Shown: positions 13,963-28,027 of the stretch, piece after piece
Layout: each line of letters starts with the position of its first letter
Position numbering within the stretch: the stretch's first letter is position 1
Source: Eledone cirrhosa
Lineage: Eukaryota
Assembly: GCA_964016885.1 (NCBI GenBank)
Contig: OZ024740.1
Span: forward strand, 192,076,001 to 192,140,000
Length of the DNA: 64,000 nt
Direction: 5' to 3'
Notes under the pieces: model-generated
Database searches by the model: none
The model's input: only the letters and a program-made list of their open reading frames with translations
Told to the model about the DNA's origin: nothing
Translations under genes and position numbers: made by a program

Positions 13963-14830
13963 CTAATACAGGAAAGTTTTATGTAATTTATGTTTACAAG
14001 CCGCAATTCCCTCAGATTTTTTGTTTAAGATGTGGTCATTGGCGTACAGTATTTCCAGGGCTTTATCGGCGCAAAGATCACATGGTCTTTTATTTCCGTT
14101 ATACGATCTAGCCTAGCTAGGATCACCCAGTGTAACCTACATTGGATGTGGTTGTCTTTTAGACTCCAGATATAAGCTGAAAGTGACGTCATATTCCTTC
14201 TTAGAGGGTTAAGAAAAGAATGGGTGTGCATGTAAAGACGATGCTTCAATCTATTGGCGGTTAACCCTATGTAGGCCCTACTGGATGTGTGTGTTTCGAC
14301 CTTACATTTGTAGACAATGCTACTGGAGAGGCATTTCCGGGATAGATGTCAATCAACCCGATTCCTACAATTACAGTTAGTACTAGCTACAGGGATGCAC
14401 GTATTCCTATGGCTAGGTAATTTAGCTAAATTTGAAGCTGTGATGTTATGTGCAACGTTAGGAGTCGTAGAGTAAGATATTTTAATGGTATTTCTATTAA
14501 AAATATTATTTTTCTTATGTGCTACGGAGAAATACTTCTTAATAAGGTAGAGAAAGATCTTAGCTAATGGTGTGGCCGCCTCCATAGTATATATAATGCG
14601 TCGGGATCTATTTTTCCTTGGTCTAGGCTCGTACTTAGTATGTGCTACCATATCGACAAAAGAGCTCTGAGCAGGATCTTCATTGTAATATGTGGAATGG
14701 TCGGTGAAAATATGCTCGTTTGTAGATAGACGGGAAAGCCTCAAAGAAACGTTTCTTTGTTATGCTACAGGATGATTAGAATTCTTACTTATGTAATTAA
14801 GCGTATCATTCGGCTTTCTATACGAGTAGT
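13963..14830 (-). mobile_element. Decayed Hydra-like Penelope element (RT thumb, CxC linker, GIY-YIG endonuclease)
   Basis: YRKPNDTLNYISKNSNHP...IKISYSTTPNV...NCNCRNRVD*HLSRKCLSSSIVYKCKV...AYIGLTANRLKHR...TSLSAYIWSLKD...(frameshift)CDLC...LNKKSE...CKH. Confidence 0.8.
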
Positions 14831-15327
14831 GCTTGTGACTGTTTGAGTGCGTGTGTGTGCGCGTGCGTGAGTCTGTGTATGCGTGTGTGTGTGTTTGCGT
14901 GTGTGTGTATGCGAGTGTGTGTGTGTGTATATATGTGTGTGTGTGTGTGCATGAGTTTGTGCATGTGTGTAAGTTGAGATAATTACAAAAGTGTTTCCGA
15001 ATTGTTAAACAATTGCAGAACCTACCGAGAAGAATTATGGGATTTGGATGTTAATATACATTAACAGATGGAATATAATATGAGAGGAAAATAGGGGGAA
15101 TTGTAAAACATACTGAGATGTTGTTATTAATGTGGGTGGGGGAATCCAAAGGAAACTAACAGTATAATGTAACGTTTACATAAACGTCGAGAATGGAAAG
15201 TGTTCAAGCTATAGGATTAAGTTTAAAGTACGAGGACAATCTTTGAAGCCATGAAACTAACGTATGCATTTTGATAGTAGTAACACTTGAGAAGTTTAAC
15301 TAATCTATCATATTTAAAGGAATTTGT

Positions 15328-15516
15328 AATAATTGTTTCTATTGTTCGCACAAGGCCAGCAATTACCCAGTACATTACTGGTACTTTATTTTATCGACCC
15401 CGTAAGGATGAAAGGCAGAGTTAACCTCGACGGGATTTGAGCTCAGACCACAACAGATAGTAACTCTTTGCTGCAAAGCACGGCGTCCGACCCTCTACCG
15501 ATACTGCCAATCCACC
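15328..15516 (-). mobile_element. tRNA-derived SINE
   Basis: Reverse complement of the 6326-6510 family. Confidence 0.85.
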
Positions 15517-16063
15517 ACCGTATATTGGAATTGGTAATAATACAATTGTCTTTTAACTATGAATAATACAATATTGTATAACACAATATACAGCTTCCGC
15601 AAAATCGGCCCTTTTTTTATTTTCTTTATGTACATTTGTGTAGACACACACACACAAATCCACACACATAGACACACACACAGAAACACACAAACACACC
15701 CACACTAACACATAGACACAGGCACCAGGTCCATGCAGTGGAACATGCTTAATAGTCAGGCGTATGCTATACCATCCCCTAGAGTTCACTGTACTTTGAG
15801 GCAATGATCAGGGAGAAAATGCATTTATCACAAATATTCATCATCTTTTCTCTATCGAGCAGCCGTTCAAATGCTCAAGTCTTCAAGCTGTGCTATGACC
15901 ATAAATAAAACTCAGGATCAGAGTCATATGAGAATCAGTTTTACCCATGGACAGTTAGATACATCTAGGTTGTTCAGCAGTGAGAACACCTAGAAATGTT
16001 CATTTCATATACTATGCACAAGCATTTGTGTGTGTGACTGTATACACACACACACACACACAT

Positions 16064-16144
<81 letters not shown>

Positions 16145-16147
<3 letters not shown>

Positions 16148-18435
16148 CAATATATTTAGAAACACACAGATACATGCGGACACACACATATATACATGAA
16201 TGCATCCGCACCCAACTGTGAGTTAAGGGTGCCAACTTCACCGATGTTGCTCAATGAATGACTGGGACAGACCAATTCAGTTGAACTAGACTGAACCAGT
16301 ATCAGAGTTTAAAATACATTATGAAGAGAGAAGAAACATTTAGATATAATTAGTAATAAAATGTATCATACCTAAACTGCTCCTAAATTCCTCGACTACG
16401 TAGTTTCGTGGCATAAACAAAAACAATATATCATAAAGATATAGAGTCCTTGCGAGGTCTGCCGACTTATCAAGAGGATACCTCATTTTACTAGTCTCAA
16501 GAACGCGTCTACACGACGTGAGAAAGAATCCCAAAAGGCGGAGGGGGAGATAGTCACGCGATATAACGGTCGAGAAACAGAGCTAAGCCTCTTATAACAC
16601 CGAAGAAAATACCGCGGAGGCGGAGGGGGTATTTATATCGAGGCCGTAGAAGAGGTGGTGAAGAAGGCGAGAAGTACGAGTAATGGAAGCTTTCCAGCTG
16701 TCCCCACACTTCAAAGATTGCTCGACCAGAGGGAGTTATTAACAATATATTTAGAAACACACAGATACATGCGGACACACACATATATACATGAATGCAT
16801 CCGCACCCAACTGTGAGTTAAGGGTGCCAACTTCACCGATGTTGCTCAATGAATGACTGGGACAGACCAATTCAGTTGAACTAGACTGAACCAGTATCAG
16901 AGTTTAAAATACATTATGAAGAGAGAAGAAACATTTAGATATAATTAGTAATAAAATGTATCATACCTAAACTGCTCCTAAATTCCTCGACTACGTAGTT
17001 TCGTGGCATAAACAAAAACAATATATCATAAAGATATAGAGTCCTTGCGAGGTCTGCCGACTTATCAAGAGGATACCTCATTTTACTAGTCTCAAGAACG
17101 CGTCTACACGACGTGAGAAAGAATCCCAAAAGGCGGAGGGGGAGATAGTCACGCGATATAACGGTCGAGAAACAGAGCTAAGCCTCTTATAACCCCGAAG
17201 AAAATACCGCGGAGGCGGAGGGGGTATTTATATCGAGGCCGTAGAAGAGGTGGTGAAGAAGGCGAGAAGTACGAGTAATGGAAGCTTTCCAGCTGTCCCC
17301 ACACTTCAAAGATTGCTCGACCAGAGGGAGTTATTAACAATATATTTAGAAACACACAGATACATGCGGACACACACATCTATACATGAATGCATCCGCA
17401 CCCAACTGTGAGTTAAGGGTGCCAACTTCACCGATGTTGCTCAATGAATGACTGGGACAGACCAATTCAGTTGAACTAGACTGAACCAGTATCAGAGTTT
17501 AAAATACATTATGAAGAGAGAAGAAACATTTAGATATAATTACTAATAAAATGTATCATACCTAAACTGCTCCTAAATTCCTCGACTACGTAGTTTCGTG
17601 GCATAAACAAAAACAATATATCATAAAGATATAGAGTCCTTGCGAGGTCTAGACGCGTTCTTGAGACTAGTAAAATGAGGTATCCTCTTGATAAGTCGGC
17701 AGACCTCGCAAGGACTCTATATCTTTATGATATATTGTTTTTGTTTATGCCACGAAACTACGTAGTCGAGGAATTTAGGAGCAGTTTAGGTATGATACAT
17801 TTTATTACTAATTATATCTAAATGTTTCTTCTCTCTTCATAATGTATTTTAAACTCTGATACTGGTTCAGTCTAGTTCAACTGAATTGGTCTGTCCCAGT
17901 CATTCATTGAGCAACATCGGTGAAGTTGGCACCCTTAACTCACAGTTGGGTGCGGATGCATTCATGTATATATGTGTGTGTCCGCATGTATCTGTGTGTT
18001 TCTAAATATATTGTTAATAACTCCCTCTGGTCGAGCAATCTTTGAAGTGTGGGGACAGCTGGAAAGCTTCCATTACTCGTACTTCTCGCCTTCTTCACCA
18101 CCTCTTCTACGGCCTCGATATAAATACCCCCTCCGCCTCCGCGGTATTTTCTTCGGGGTTATAAGAGGCTTAGCTCTGTTTCTCGACCGTTATATCGCGT
18201 GACTATCTCCCCCTCCGCCTTTTGGGATTCTTTCTCACGTCGTGTAGACGCGTTCTTGAAACTAGTAAAATGAGGTATCCTCTTGATAAGTCGGCAGACC
18301 TCGCAAGGACTCTATATCTTTATGATATATTGTTTTTGTTTATGCCACGAAACTACGTAGTCGAGGAATTTAGGAGCAGTTTAGGTATGATACATTTTAT
18401 TACTAATTATATCTAAATGTTTCTTCTCTCTTCAT
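16145..18435. mobile_element. Tandem plus inverted array of a 595-bp non-coding hammerhead-bearing unit (retrozyme/PLE pseudo-LTR-like)
   Basis: Units start at 16145, 16740 and 17335 (minus sense), invert at 17650, then ~1.3 plus-sense units run to 18435. Copies near-identical; both ends run into (TA)n. Confidence 0.88.
17683..17772 (+). ncRNA. Hammerhead ribozyme motif with branched stem II (also 18278-18367 plus; 16389-16478 and 16984-17073 minus)
   Basis: tcctc-TTGATAA-gtcggca...tgccac-GAAAC-tacgta-GTC-gagga. Stem I tcctc/gagga. Stem II encloses hairpins cct-cgca-agg and tatatc-tttat-gatata. Confidence 0.72.
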
Positions 18436-18816
18436 ATATATATATATATGTATATAAATATATGTGTGTGTGTGTGTGCGTGTGTGTGTGTGTGTTTGTA
18501 GTTATATGTGAGTGAATGGCTTGTACGTGTAAGTCTATATAATATGAATTAGATGGTATCGGGAGATTATATCACGTTCCTGGCAAAGGTGTATATTGAT
18601 AATGGAGGTTATTGTTAACTATGCCAGAGATGGTAATGGATTTATACACTGAAAAATTGAACTGCAAAGACACCAAGATGGCTTCCTTAATTTTGTTAGG
18701 AACATTTTTGATTTCTATTTTAGACTTCATCTTTAACATATCCACACACGCACACGCATATTTATATACTTTTACAGATGTCGTTATGTATTAATATACA
18801 AATAAATAAATTAGAA

Positions 18817-18933
<117 letters not shown>

Positions 18934-18994
18934 GAGAGAGAGAGAGATAGAGATAAATATACACGGGTGTGTATGATTGTGTGTAGAAGATTAT

Positions 18995-19169
18995 ATTAAT
19001 AAAAGGAATTGCAACTTTCTCTGATATACTCGTTTTATTTACAATCATTTAAAATTTATAATGGTATTTAATATTCTAAAATACTATTTCATTCTAATAC
19101 CATTATAAATTTTAAAGGATTGTAAATAAAACGAGTAAATCTGACAAAGTTGGAATTCCTTTTATTAAT
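18995..19169. repeat. Fold-back inverted repeat (~75-bp arms)
   Basis: 18995-19069 is the reverse complement of 19096-19169. Confidence 0.7.
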
Positions 19170-19685
19170 AAATACATATATGTATACAGACGTACAGTAC
19201 TATGTATATATATACATACATTTACACATATATATATATATATGTACGTATCGGTCTACCGAACATTTATTAAAATGTTCGGTTTATAAAGAAACAAACA
19301 TCCCGAATTAATCCGTACTTAATATGTATAAGCCGTTAATATGTCAGACGTTCAATCATCTGGCAGGAAGGTATACGATGCTGACGATAGCTAATAAGCT
19401 TGAAACTAGTACATCGTTCCTTTGTCAGTGTTGAACAAAAGGGCAACTATGGTTACTAAACACTGTACGGCTTAATTCGGGCTGTTTATTTTCAAACCGA
19501 ACATTATAATAAATGTTCGGTAAACCTATACGTACATATATATATATGTGTACATGTATGTCTATATATATAATAAACTACGTCTGTATACATATATGTA
19601 TGTACTTATACATACATACTTACATTTAAGTAACTGCCGTACTAAGTGTGAGAAATGAAATTTCGTTTCATTTTTTCCATTTATA
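19170..19685 (+). mobile_element. Dispersed copy of the ~450-bp hammerhead unit with inverted 5' piece; hammerhead 19375-19417
   Basis: acgatg-CTGACGA-tagctaataagctt-GAAAC-ta-GTA-catcgt. Homologous to the 36178-38370 array. Confidence 0.8.
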
Positions 19686-19700
19686 TATATATATATATTT

Positions 19701-19743
<43 letters not shown>

Positions 19744-20165
19744 TGTGTGTGTGTGTGTGTGTGCGTTTGTCTCTATGTATGATGATGTGTGTGTGCGCTT
19801 AGTATATCAAACAGTATCTGACCTTCACCCGCGGTTTTTATATGTGTCCATAAATGTTTACATCACATCTGTATATTTATACATAAGTATTGATGTGTCT
19901 GTGGCTATCTTTGTCTAATATAGTGGATGGGTATTGTATTTCCTTGCTGATGTAAAGCTGTAAAGAACGAAATTGCGATTCAATTATATGGCTTCGAATA
20001 TCTAAAATCAACATTTCCTTCTATATTGATGACTCACACCACTAGTAAAATAAACAGTAAACTAAAATTTACGAGATTTGATTCTCTCGAGGTATTATTG
20101 TTGATTTTCCCTTTAGTATTTCCTCTACGTTATCGAAACCTACACATCCAAAAAACATATACGTG

Positions 20166-20262
<97 letters not shown>

Positions 20263-20303
20263 TCCTGCTTTTCTATATTTAATTTTATTATCCTATGTTT
20301 CAG

Positions 20304-20633
20304 TTCAGATGTTGAGCATGATCCCATTCGACTTTCATTTCCTCAGATTGAAACATAAGTCCAAGTATTGCATTGATATTGCAGGTTTCCAGTGAATGTA
20401 ATCCAAAATTCTGGTATTATGATAATGCCCAAAAATTCATGTTTCAATCATCGCATGAGAATTGTTTTACTGGAAACGATGCTATCACCATTATATTAGA
20501 TTCTTTAATTTTCTCCTGGTTTAGCTTCTCTGGATTCATGCAAAATCAGTTCAACAATACACATGTTCAAATAAATCCATATATCATGCGATTTGATACA
20601 CTAATTGGATACAACGGAAAGGCATGACCGTAG
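20304..20633 (+). pseudogene. Possible decayed M12B metalloprotease catalytic-domain exon
   Basis: tgtttcag acceptor and gtataat donor. Frameshifted VQML/HDPIRLSFPQIET*VQVL/ILQ...PKF...NAQKF resembles the ADAMTS V..LYHDPSL...I.I.V..L.IL...NA motif. Confidence 0.3.
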
Positions 20634-22045
20634 GTATAATTTGTGATAGCAGCTACTAGCTATCACAGTATATTAACAGTAATAAATATATATGACTGCA
20701 AAGTAAAATATATCCCTGCACACATACTCTCGGATGCAAATGATTGCATATAGAGAAAGGAAAGCGTTTACACAAGATATGTAATGTGTAGACACATACA
20801 GCATATAGAAATGCACATGCACACATACAGACACGTCCACATCCATATTTAATATACGGCTTAGAAATAACAGCCAAATAGAGATAACCATAGGGGGGTA
20901 ACTTTTTTGGACTGTATATATAATCATTCTTTCGATTTCAGAAAATCGAACGAATGAATGTGACAGTTCATTGCTTGGTTCGTGCCCTTATTATTGTCTG
21001 TAACATAAACGCATACATGCATACATACAAGAATACACACATATCTATATAATCACATACACACAGTAGTATGTACCAAGTTACACGAGTTATCTCGCTT
21101 CATTCGATATAGTTCAAAATACATTCGCCGTGGGAATTGTTATAACTTGATTATGAATCACCATTTCATGACTTTTCTTTTCCAAGGACACTGCTACTAA
21201 ATATATTGCCATTTCAATCTCTCAAACGTGTCATTCCTTCAAAGAGTTAGCTGAACATATTAATCCGAACGTTTATAGTATCTGAACCTAACACCAACCA
21301 TCACCTCGTAAAGCACTCTGAACTTAAGACGGACACTAAATAAAGAACTATCCTAAAGAGTTTCCCGAACCCAACTGAAAACATCCATCTCTAACTCCAG
21401 AATTTACTATATACATAACCAAAGTAAACACTCATAAACATGACCAATGTGAGCACTCATAAACATAAGCAAAAAGACACTCATATACATGACCAAATTC
21501 TGACACAAAATTTACATCTAAACCTAACACTAGCCCAAAGCAGCACATCTCAGATGTCACCGTAAACTTAAACCAAATCTCATATTTAGCCCTAACAAAA
21601 TCCCTATGCATAGCTCTATCCCTCACACTGATCATATGACTAGCCGGAATACAGACATGTACACACGGATAACATTGTCTTTGCACACACAAAATCACAC
21701 ACGCGCGTGCCCACAGATTATCGGTTGTAGTTCAAGGCTTACATTTAGAGTTTATAAATAATGGTGTATCTGAAATATTTTAAGTTCTCCCGGGTGACGT
21801 GCCTATTACTAAATCGCAATCTGACAGGCAAACCTTGAAAACAAATATAAAAAATGTTCCCGGCCATCACTACCCTAGAATATTGTCGAGTTTATCTTCC
21901 ACTGCATTTCTTGTAAATGTACCGTTAACTGAACATGAATAAAAGGAATTTCTGCCTTGAAATTCTGAGAATATCCATTGTTCATTTAATATTTTCCTCC
22001 AATAACCATATTCGGACAACGATAGTACATAAGAGAATAGTAAAA

Positions 22046-22086
<41 letters not shown>

Positions 22087-22090
<4 letters not shown>

Positions 22091-22622
22091 AACTCTGGTT
22101 GTCGGTGAGCATGTCCAGATAACCTCAGTCTCCTCTGTGTCACTTTTGAGCAGACTTTTGGGATGCTCCCATACAGCTCTGAGTTTTTCATCCTCAGTGT
22201 ATACTGATTAATGTTCAGAGCCATCCTCAGCATTCTTGTGTAGCACCCATCCACCATCTGAGTGAGTTTCTTGGTCAGTGTCCAGGTCTCAGACCCATAC
22301 AGCAGCACAGACTCCACTACAGCAATGAAGAGGCGGATCTTCAGGTCTTTACGAATGTCCGATGTCACACCGATCTCAAGCTGTGGCACGCCGCCCAGGC
22401 TTTGCTCTTCCTCTCAACCACATCATCTTTCGTATTCCCAATCCTTGCTCTTTGGGAGCCCCTACATGGACACACTAGAAGAGGAAGACCAAGGTTAACG
22501 TATGTTGATGCCCTAAGGACAGACACTGGTCTGTTGGAGACGCAGGACATGGCAGCGATAATGAGGGACAGAGACCGTTGGAGCGAACTCGTTCATGGAT
22601 CTCGGGTATTTTACCCGCCTTA
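22087..22622 (+). mobile_element. RTE-clade LINE 3' fragment with twin-priming-type 5' inversion
   Basis: Minus 22087-22434 encodes LKIRLFIAVVESVLLYGSETWTLTK...RRLRLSGHAHRQPEL. Plus 22435-22622 encodes its natural continuation LWEPLHGHTRRGRPRLTYVD...DRDRW. Confidence 0.85.
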
Positions 22623-22650
22623 GATATATATATATATATATATATGTGTG

Positions 22651-22684
<34 letters not shown>

Positions 22685-23232
22685 TATTATATGTGTGTGT
22701 ATGTGTGTATGGGTGTACGTGTGGGTGCGTATATATGTGTGTGTGTTTGTATGCGAGTGTGTCCGTCCGTGTGTGTGTGTGTCTGTTTCAGAATTTCTAG
22801 CGGCATATAAAATAGAAAACTCTCGCCGAATGTATGATTTATCTACTCTGCCAATAGCGAAATTGAAGTACGAGCTAAATAATATATATACTTTGTACAA
22901 CTGTAACAAGCGGTGTCAAGATTATGGGCCAGATATCAGTCATCTACAGGGCATGATGCAGTGCAGATGATTGTGAACAGATAGAGTTTGTGGCGATACT
23001 TTGACATTAATGTTAAGACGCCACTTCTTCTATTTCATTGACTTAGTAATTTACAAAGAAATAAAACTATTTTCGATGTTTATTTCGTTGTACAATACTT
23101 TTTAAATGCGATTTTCGATAACTGTATTTGAATTTAACTGTAATCAAATTAAAAAAAGTATATCACCTTCAAACTTTCGATTTCTTTCGTCCCCTTTTTT
23201 ATTTATTTAGTAATGTACATACATTTTACTGA

Positions 23233-23336
23233 AGGGAATGCATGGCGCCCAATCGTCTTCCAAACGGTATTTTCTTAATTACCACAGACTACATCATTGA
23301 AAAAATTGGCAATTTGCCGACAGAACAATTTGAAAG
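23233..23336 (+). pseudogene. Possible decayed M12B exon (post-HExxH GMxHD region)
   Basis: aag|GMHG...PNGIFLI...ICRQNNLK, followed by donor GTATGT. Weak by-eye similarity. Confidence 0.2.
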
Positions 23337-24044
23337 GTATGTGAATTTTCTGACATTTAATCTCAAGTGGAATTATTTTGTTTTATATCAGTAATATTTA
23401 ACAATGCCATAGATTGTTAAATAGACATTGAATCCTGAAGTTACATAATGACGTTCAATGTCAACATTTACAGTGATCAGCAATCAATTAATTATATATA
23501 ATCTCTGTATCCTCTCTCTCTCCCTCTCGCTCACTTTGTCTAACTCTATCACAATCGCTCTGTTGCTGAAGAATCGCTCGTTTTACTCTCAGTTTGAGCA
23601 ATATTAATATGATTTAGTTTATTCGATATCACAGAAATAATTTGAGTCCTTCCCAAGAATACATATACGTGTATACACGGACACCCCCCCCCCCCCCCAC
23701 ACACACACACAAACACACACACATATATAGATATATATAGATATATAGATATATATAGATATTTTAAAAAATAGAGGGGTGGGACACGAGTTAGTAAAAA
23801 GGAAAAGAAAATGCTGACAAATGTTTCCCATTGAAAAATAGTTTAATTAGGAATAAGTATAAATTTGTAATAAGTATTGGTTAGTATTCAGTTTTAGTTT
23901 TAAATTATTACCGATTGCGCATTTCTAATGCTTTTCAAAAATGATTTTGAGATAGAGCGTTCGTGATGTTTGCTCTAATCTGATCAGTTTTTGAAATTCT
24001 TCCTGCATTATGTGAAAAAAGTGGCTCCAGAGGTATTAAGATGT

Positions 24045-24180
24045 GGTCGGTTGTTGAATGTCACGTGACTAAGTACTATAAATTTCGCGCCAATTCGTGT
24101 TGTATAATTCTTGTAGTCAAAAGAATGTTGATTGGTCGGTAGAAGTCACGTGAATGTTAAAATTGATTTTAGCGCGAACT
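24045..24180. promoter_or_regulatory. Promoter-like motif cluster (two E-box/CLEAR, two E2F-like, CCAAT, TATA)
   Basis: GTCACGTGAC 24060-24069, TATAAA 24077, TTTCGCGC 24083, CCAAT 24090, ATTGG 24131, GTCACGTGA 24145, TTTAGCGCGAA 24168. Confidence 0.4.
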
Positions 24181-24916
24181 GGTTTGTGTTCAACAACACA
24201 GTTATCTCAGTCTTCCTAAGTATTTTGAAGTGAAACTTACCAATTTCTTGATACCTGCAGAAGAGCACAGGAATAGGAAATTTCAATTAATTGTTGCGAA
24301 ACAAATTTAAAATTTGAAATTTAAATTTGTCCAGGTATCACGGCTATTGCCAATATAGGTTTGCTTTTATTGATATATTATTTTAAATCGAGACAGGCAA
24401 ACTGTATTATTTTAATTAGTATTTTTCAATCTAGCTAATTTGGTCATTTGCAATGCAAACACTTGTATTCTCGTTTCAGTGTTTATCTCTATAAATATAT
24501 TCATTTGTATTACACGGCTCAGAAATATTCCTTTCTTTGAGCTATTAATTGTAAAAGACTATTTGAGTTTATAACTCTATATATAATATATATATATCTA
24601 TAATTGGGAATCAGTACAATTGAATCTCTGGCGGTTTGCAAGTAATTCGGCCTACTTATATGAACTGATGGGTTAGCGAAGCACTCGATAAGATAGGTCT
24701 CAGAGTTATAACATACGTTTAAATAGCTTGACAAATCGGACATTGTGGTAGGCTAAACTAACACACAATACATACCAAAGTAACGAAGAAACTAATCAGG
24801 TTGAGAAAAATAGACCTGTACAAATCAGACGAGCGTTTGAAATGTTTCTCTGACTCCGAAATCAAATATGAGACCTACTTTAGTGGCAATTTCATGGTAT
24901 TGGTGACTGAACAGAG

Positions 24917-24984
<68 letters not shown>

Positions 24985-25342
24985 GACGTCTGTACTTTTC
25001 GCTCTTGAAATCCACCCAGCTTATGCTGACCTGGACTACCATGTTGCTTGTTTATCTCCTTTCTTTGGTTTGTTTTTATCCTTCTAAGTTGTTCACTTGT
25101 CCCCCTCGCTTTATGCGATTACTGGTCCCAATAACCTTTTTTAGATTATTGCTCGCACCAACCTGAGGTATCTGATTTTTAATGCGATGAGATACCAATG
25201 ATGGTTGGAAAATCACTGACGAAGGACTATTTTTATCATATGTAACCCATGTGCAAACCACGCAGTATGCTTCTTTCTTCTCCTGTTTTATATATATATA
25301 TATATGTATATATATAAATATATAACATTTATATACAACACT

Positions 25343-25375
<33 letters not shown>

Positions 25376-25407
25376 ATGTGTGTGTGTGTGTGTGTATGTG
25401 TGTGTGT

Positions 25408-25443
<36 letters not shown>

Positions 25444-25541
25444 GTGTGTGCGCGTGTGTGTGTGTGTATGTGTGTGTGTGTGTGTATGTGTGTGTGTGTG
25501 GAATGTAGAAGAGTGACACACGAGTTGATATGTATAAAACA

Positions 25542-26022
25542 AATAGTAAAAAGGAAAAAATACAGTAGAAAATGCTGGAGGGATTTTTTCAGTATAATTT
25601 CAAAGCGCTTATTTACAAAGTTGGTATTTCCGTATTTAATCGTGGTACCGGTTTCAGCATTATATGCTTTTTCAACGACGGAAGTGTAAAGTGCAGCTAA
25701 ATTGCATATTTATACGAAGAATAATTAAATGGAGAAGAACGAATTATTATCTTTTACATACATATTTACAGCCTCGGACAGAAACATGCAGTCCCCTAAA
25801 TATGTATGTAAAAGCTAATAATATGTGCTTCTCCATTTTAGTATTCTTCGTATAAATATACAATTTAACTGCACTTTACACTTCCGTCATTTAAAAATCA
25901 TGTAAAGCTGAAACGGGTACCGCAATTAAATGCGGAAATCCCCACTTTATAAATAAATGCTTTGATATTTGAGTGAAAAAATCCATCCGTCATCTACTGT
26001 ATTTTTTTCCTTTATACTATTT
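25542..26022. mobile_element. Diverged fold-back PLE relic (~225-bp arms) with hammerhead at 25641-25680 (minus)
   Basis: Arms 25542-25768 and 25797-26022. Motif: cgtcg-TTGAAAA-agca(tataa)tgct-GAAAC-cg-GTA-ccacg. Confidence 0.7.
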
Positions 26023-26115
<93 letters not shown>

Positions 26116-26572
26116 TGCATCTGTGTGTGTGGCTGTGTGTCTGTGTGTGTACATGTATATATGTATATATGTGTGTGTACCTAAAAATACTAAATTCATG
26201 TATGATCTGTGTTGCGGCGAGAAATGAAATTCTAATTATATATTGAGTTTCTGGCACGATCAGCCGTAACTCGTTCGATATGAAAATGAGGCTATTTAGA
26301 TGATGTGTACTTTAAAGAATACTATACATTTTCAACCGTTCAACAGATTGACTACACAGTCGTGATGGAGGCTAATAGCCCAGAATCATGTTGATTGTTC
26401 CTCATTGCCAGTGTTGAAGAAACGGACGACGATTTGTCATCGACACGGCACAACCTTAATCGGTCCGTTTGTTTACAAACAAATCAAATATTATTATTAA
26501 TATTCGAGATAACCCATACCTACATATGTACCCATACGAACATATGTGTTGAAATATATATATATATATATG

Positions 26573-26634
<62 letters not shown>

Positions 26635-27080
26635 AGCTTCTAAGGGCTAGAACTGTTTCATTCGTGAGAAATCATCATTTCTTCTTTTTTTTGCGACTAT
26701 GTGCCTGAGACTTTCCATCCTCTCATGCTCCCCACCAGTGCTGCCGCAACATCCGCATGCCACTTCTTAGTGCACGAAATGTCTAAGTGAAAGATCCAAC
26801 CATAGGCAAATTGAGGGTGAGAGAAAACGTTTTAACACTTCTAAAGAAAAGCACTATTTCAAAGTGTGGATTTAAGTTTTCTGTATGTTATATTCAAAAA
26901 TACTTTAGATCGATAGAGATTTTAGCTTTCATTGTATTTGTTTGAGGGGAATTAATCATCATGATGATTTCTCATGAATAAAACAGTTCTAGTCATGTAG
27001 AAACTCATCTATATTAAAACATGTATACTCTGCTAGGTATTGAGTACATTACTTACTGAGGTTACCTACGATTCAACCCG

Positions 27081-27810
<730 letters not shown>

Positions 27811-27842
27811 GTTTATTGAAGAAAACCAACAGAGATTTAATA

Positions 27843-28027
27843 TAATTGTTTCTACTTTAGGCACAAGGCTAGCAAATACCCAGTGCATTACTGGTACTTT
27901 ATTTTATCAACACCGTAAGGATGAAAGGCAAAGTCAACCTCGGCGGGATTTGAACTCAGATCGTAAAGGGACGTAACTATGCTGGAAAGCATGGCGTCCG
28001 ACACTCTACTGATTCGGCCAATCCACC
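27843..28027 (-). mobile_element. tRNA-derived SINE
   Basis: Same family as 6326-6510. Confidence 0.85.

Noticed and set aside
16340-18416. Repeated 64-aa and 76-aa ORFs in the 595-bp array
   Set aside because: Non-ATG starts, no recognisable motifs; they recur only because the unit is repeated.
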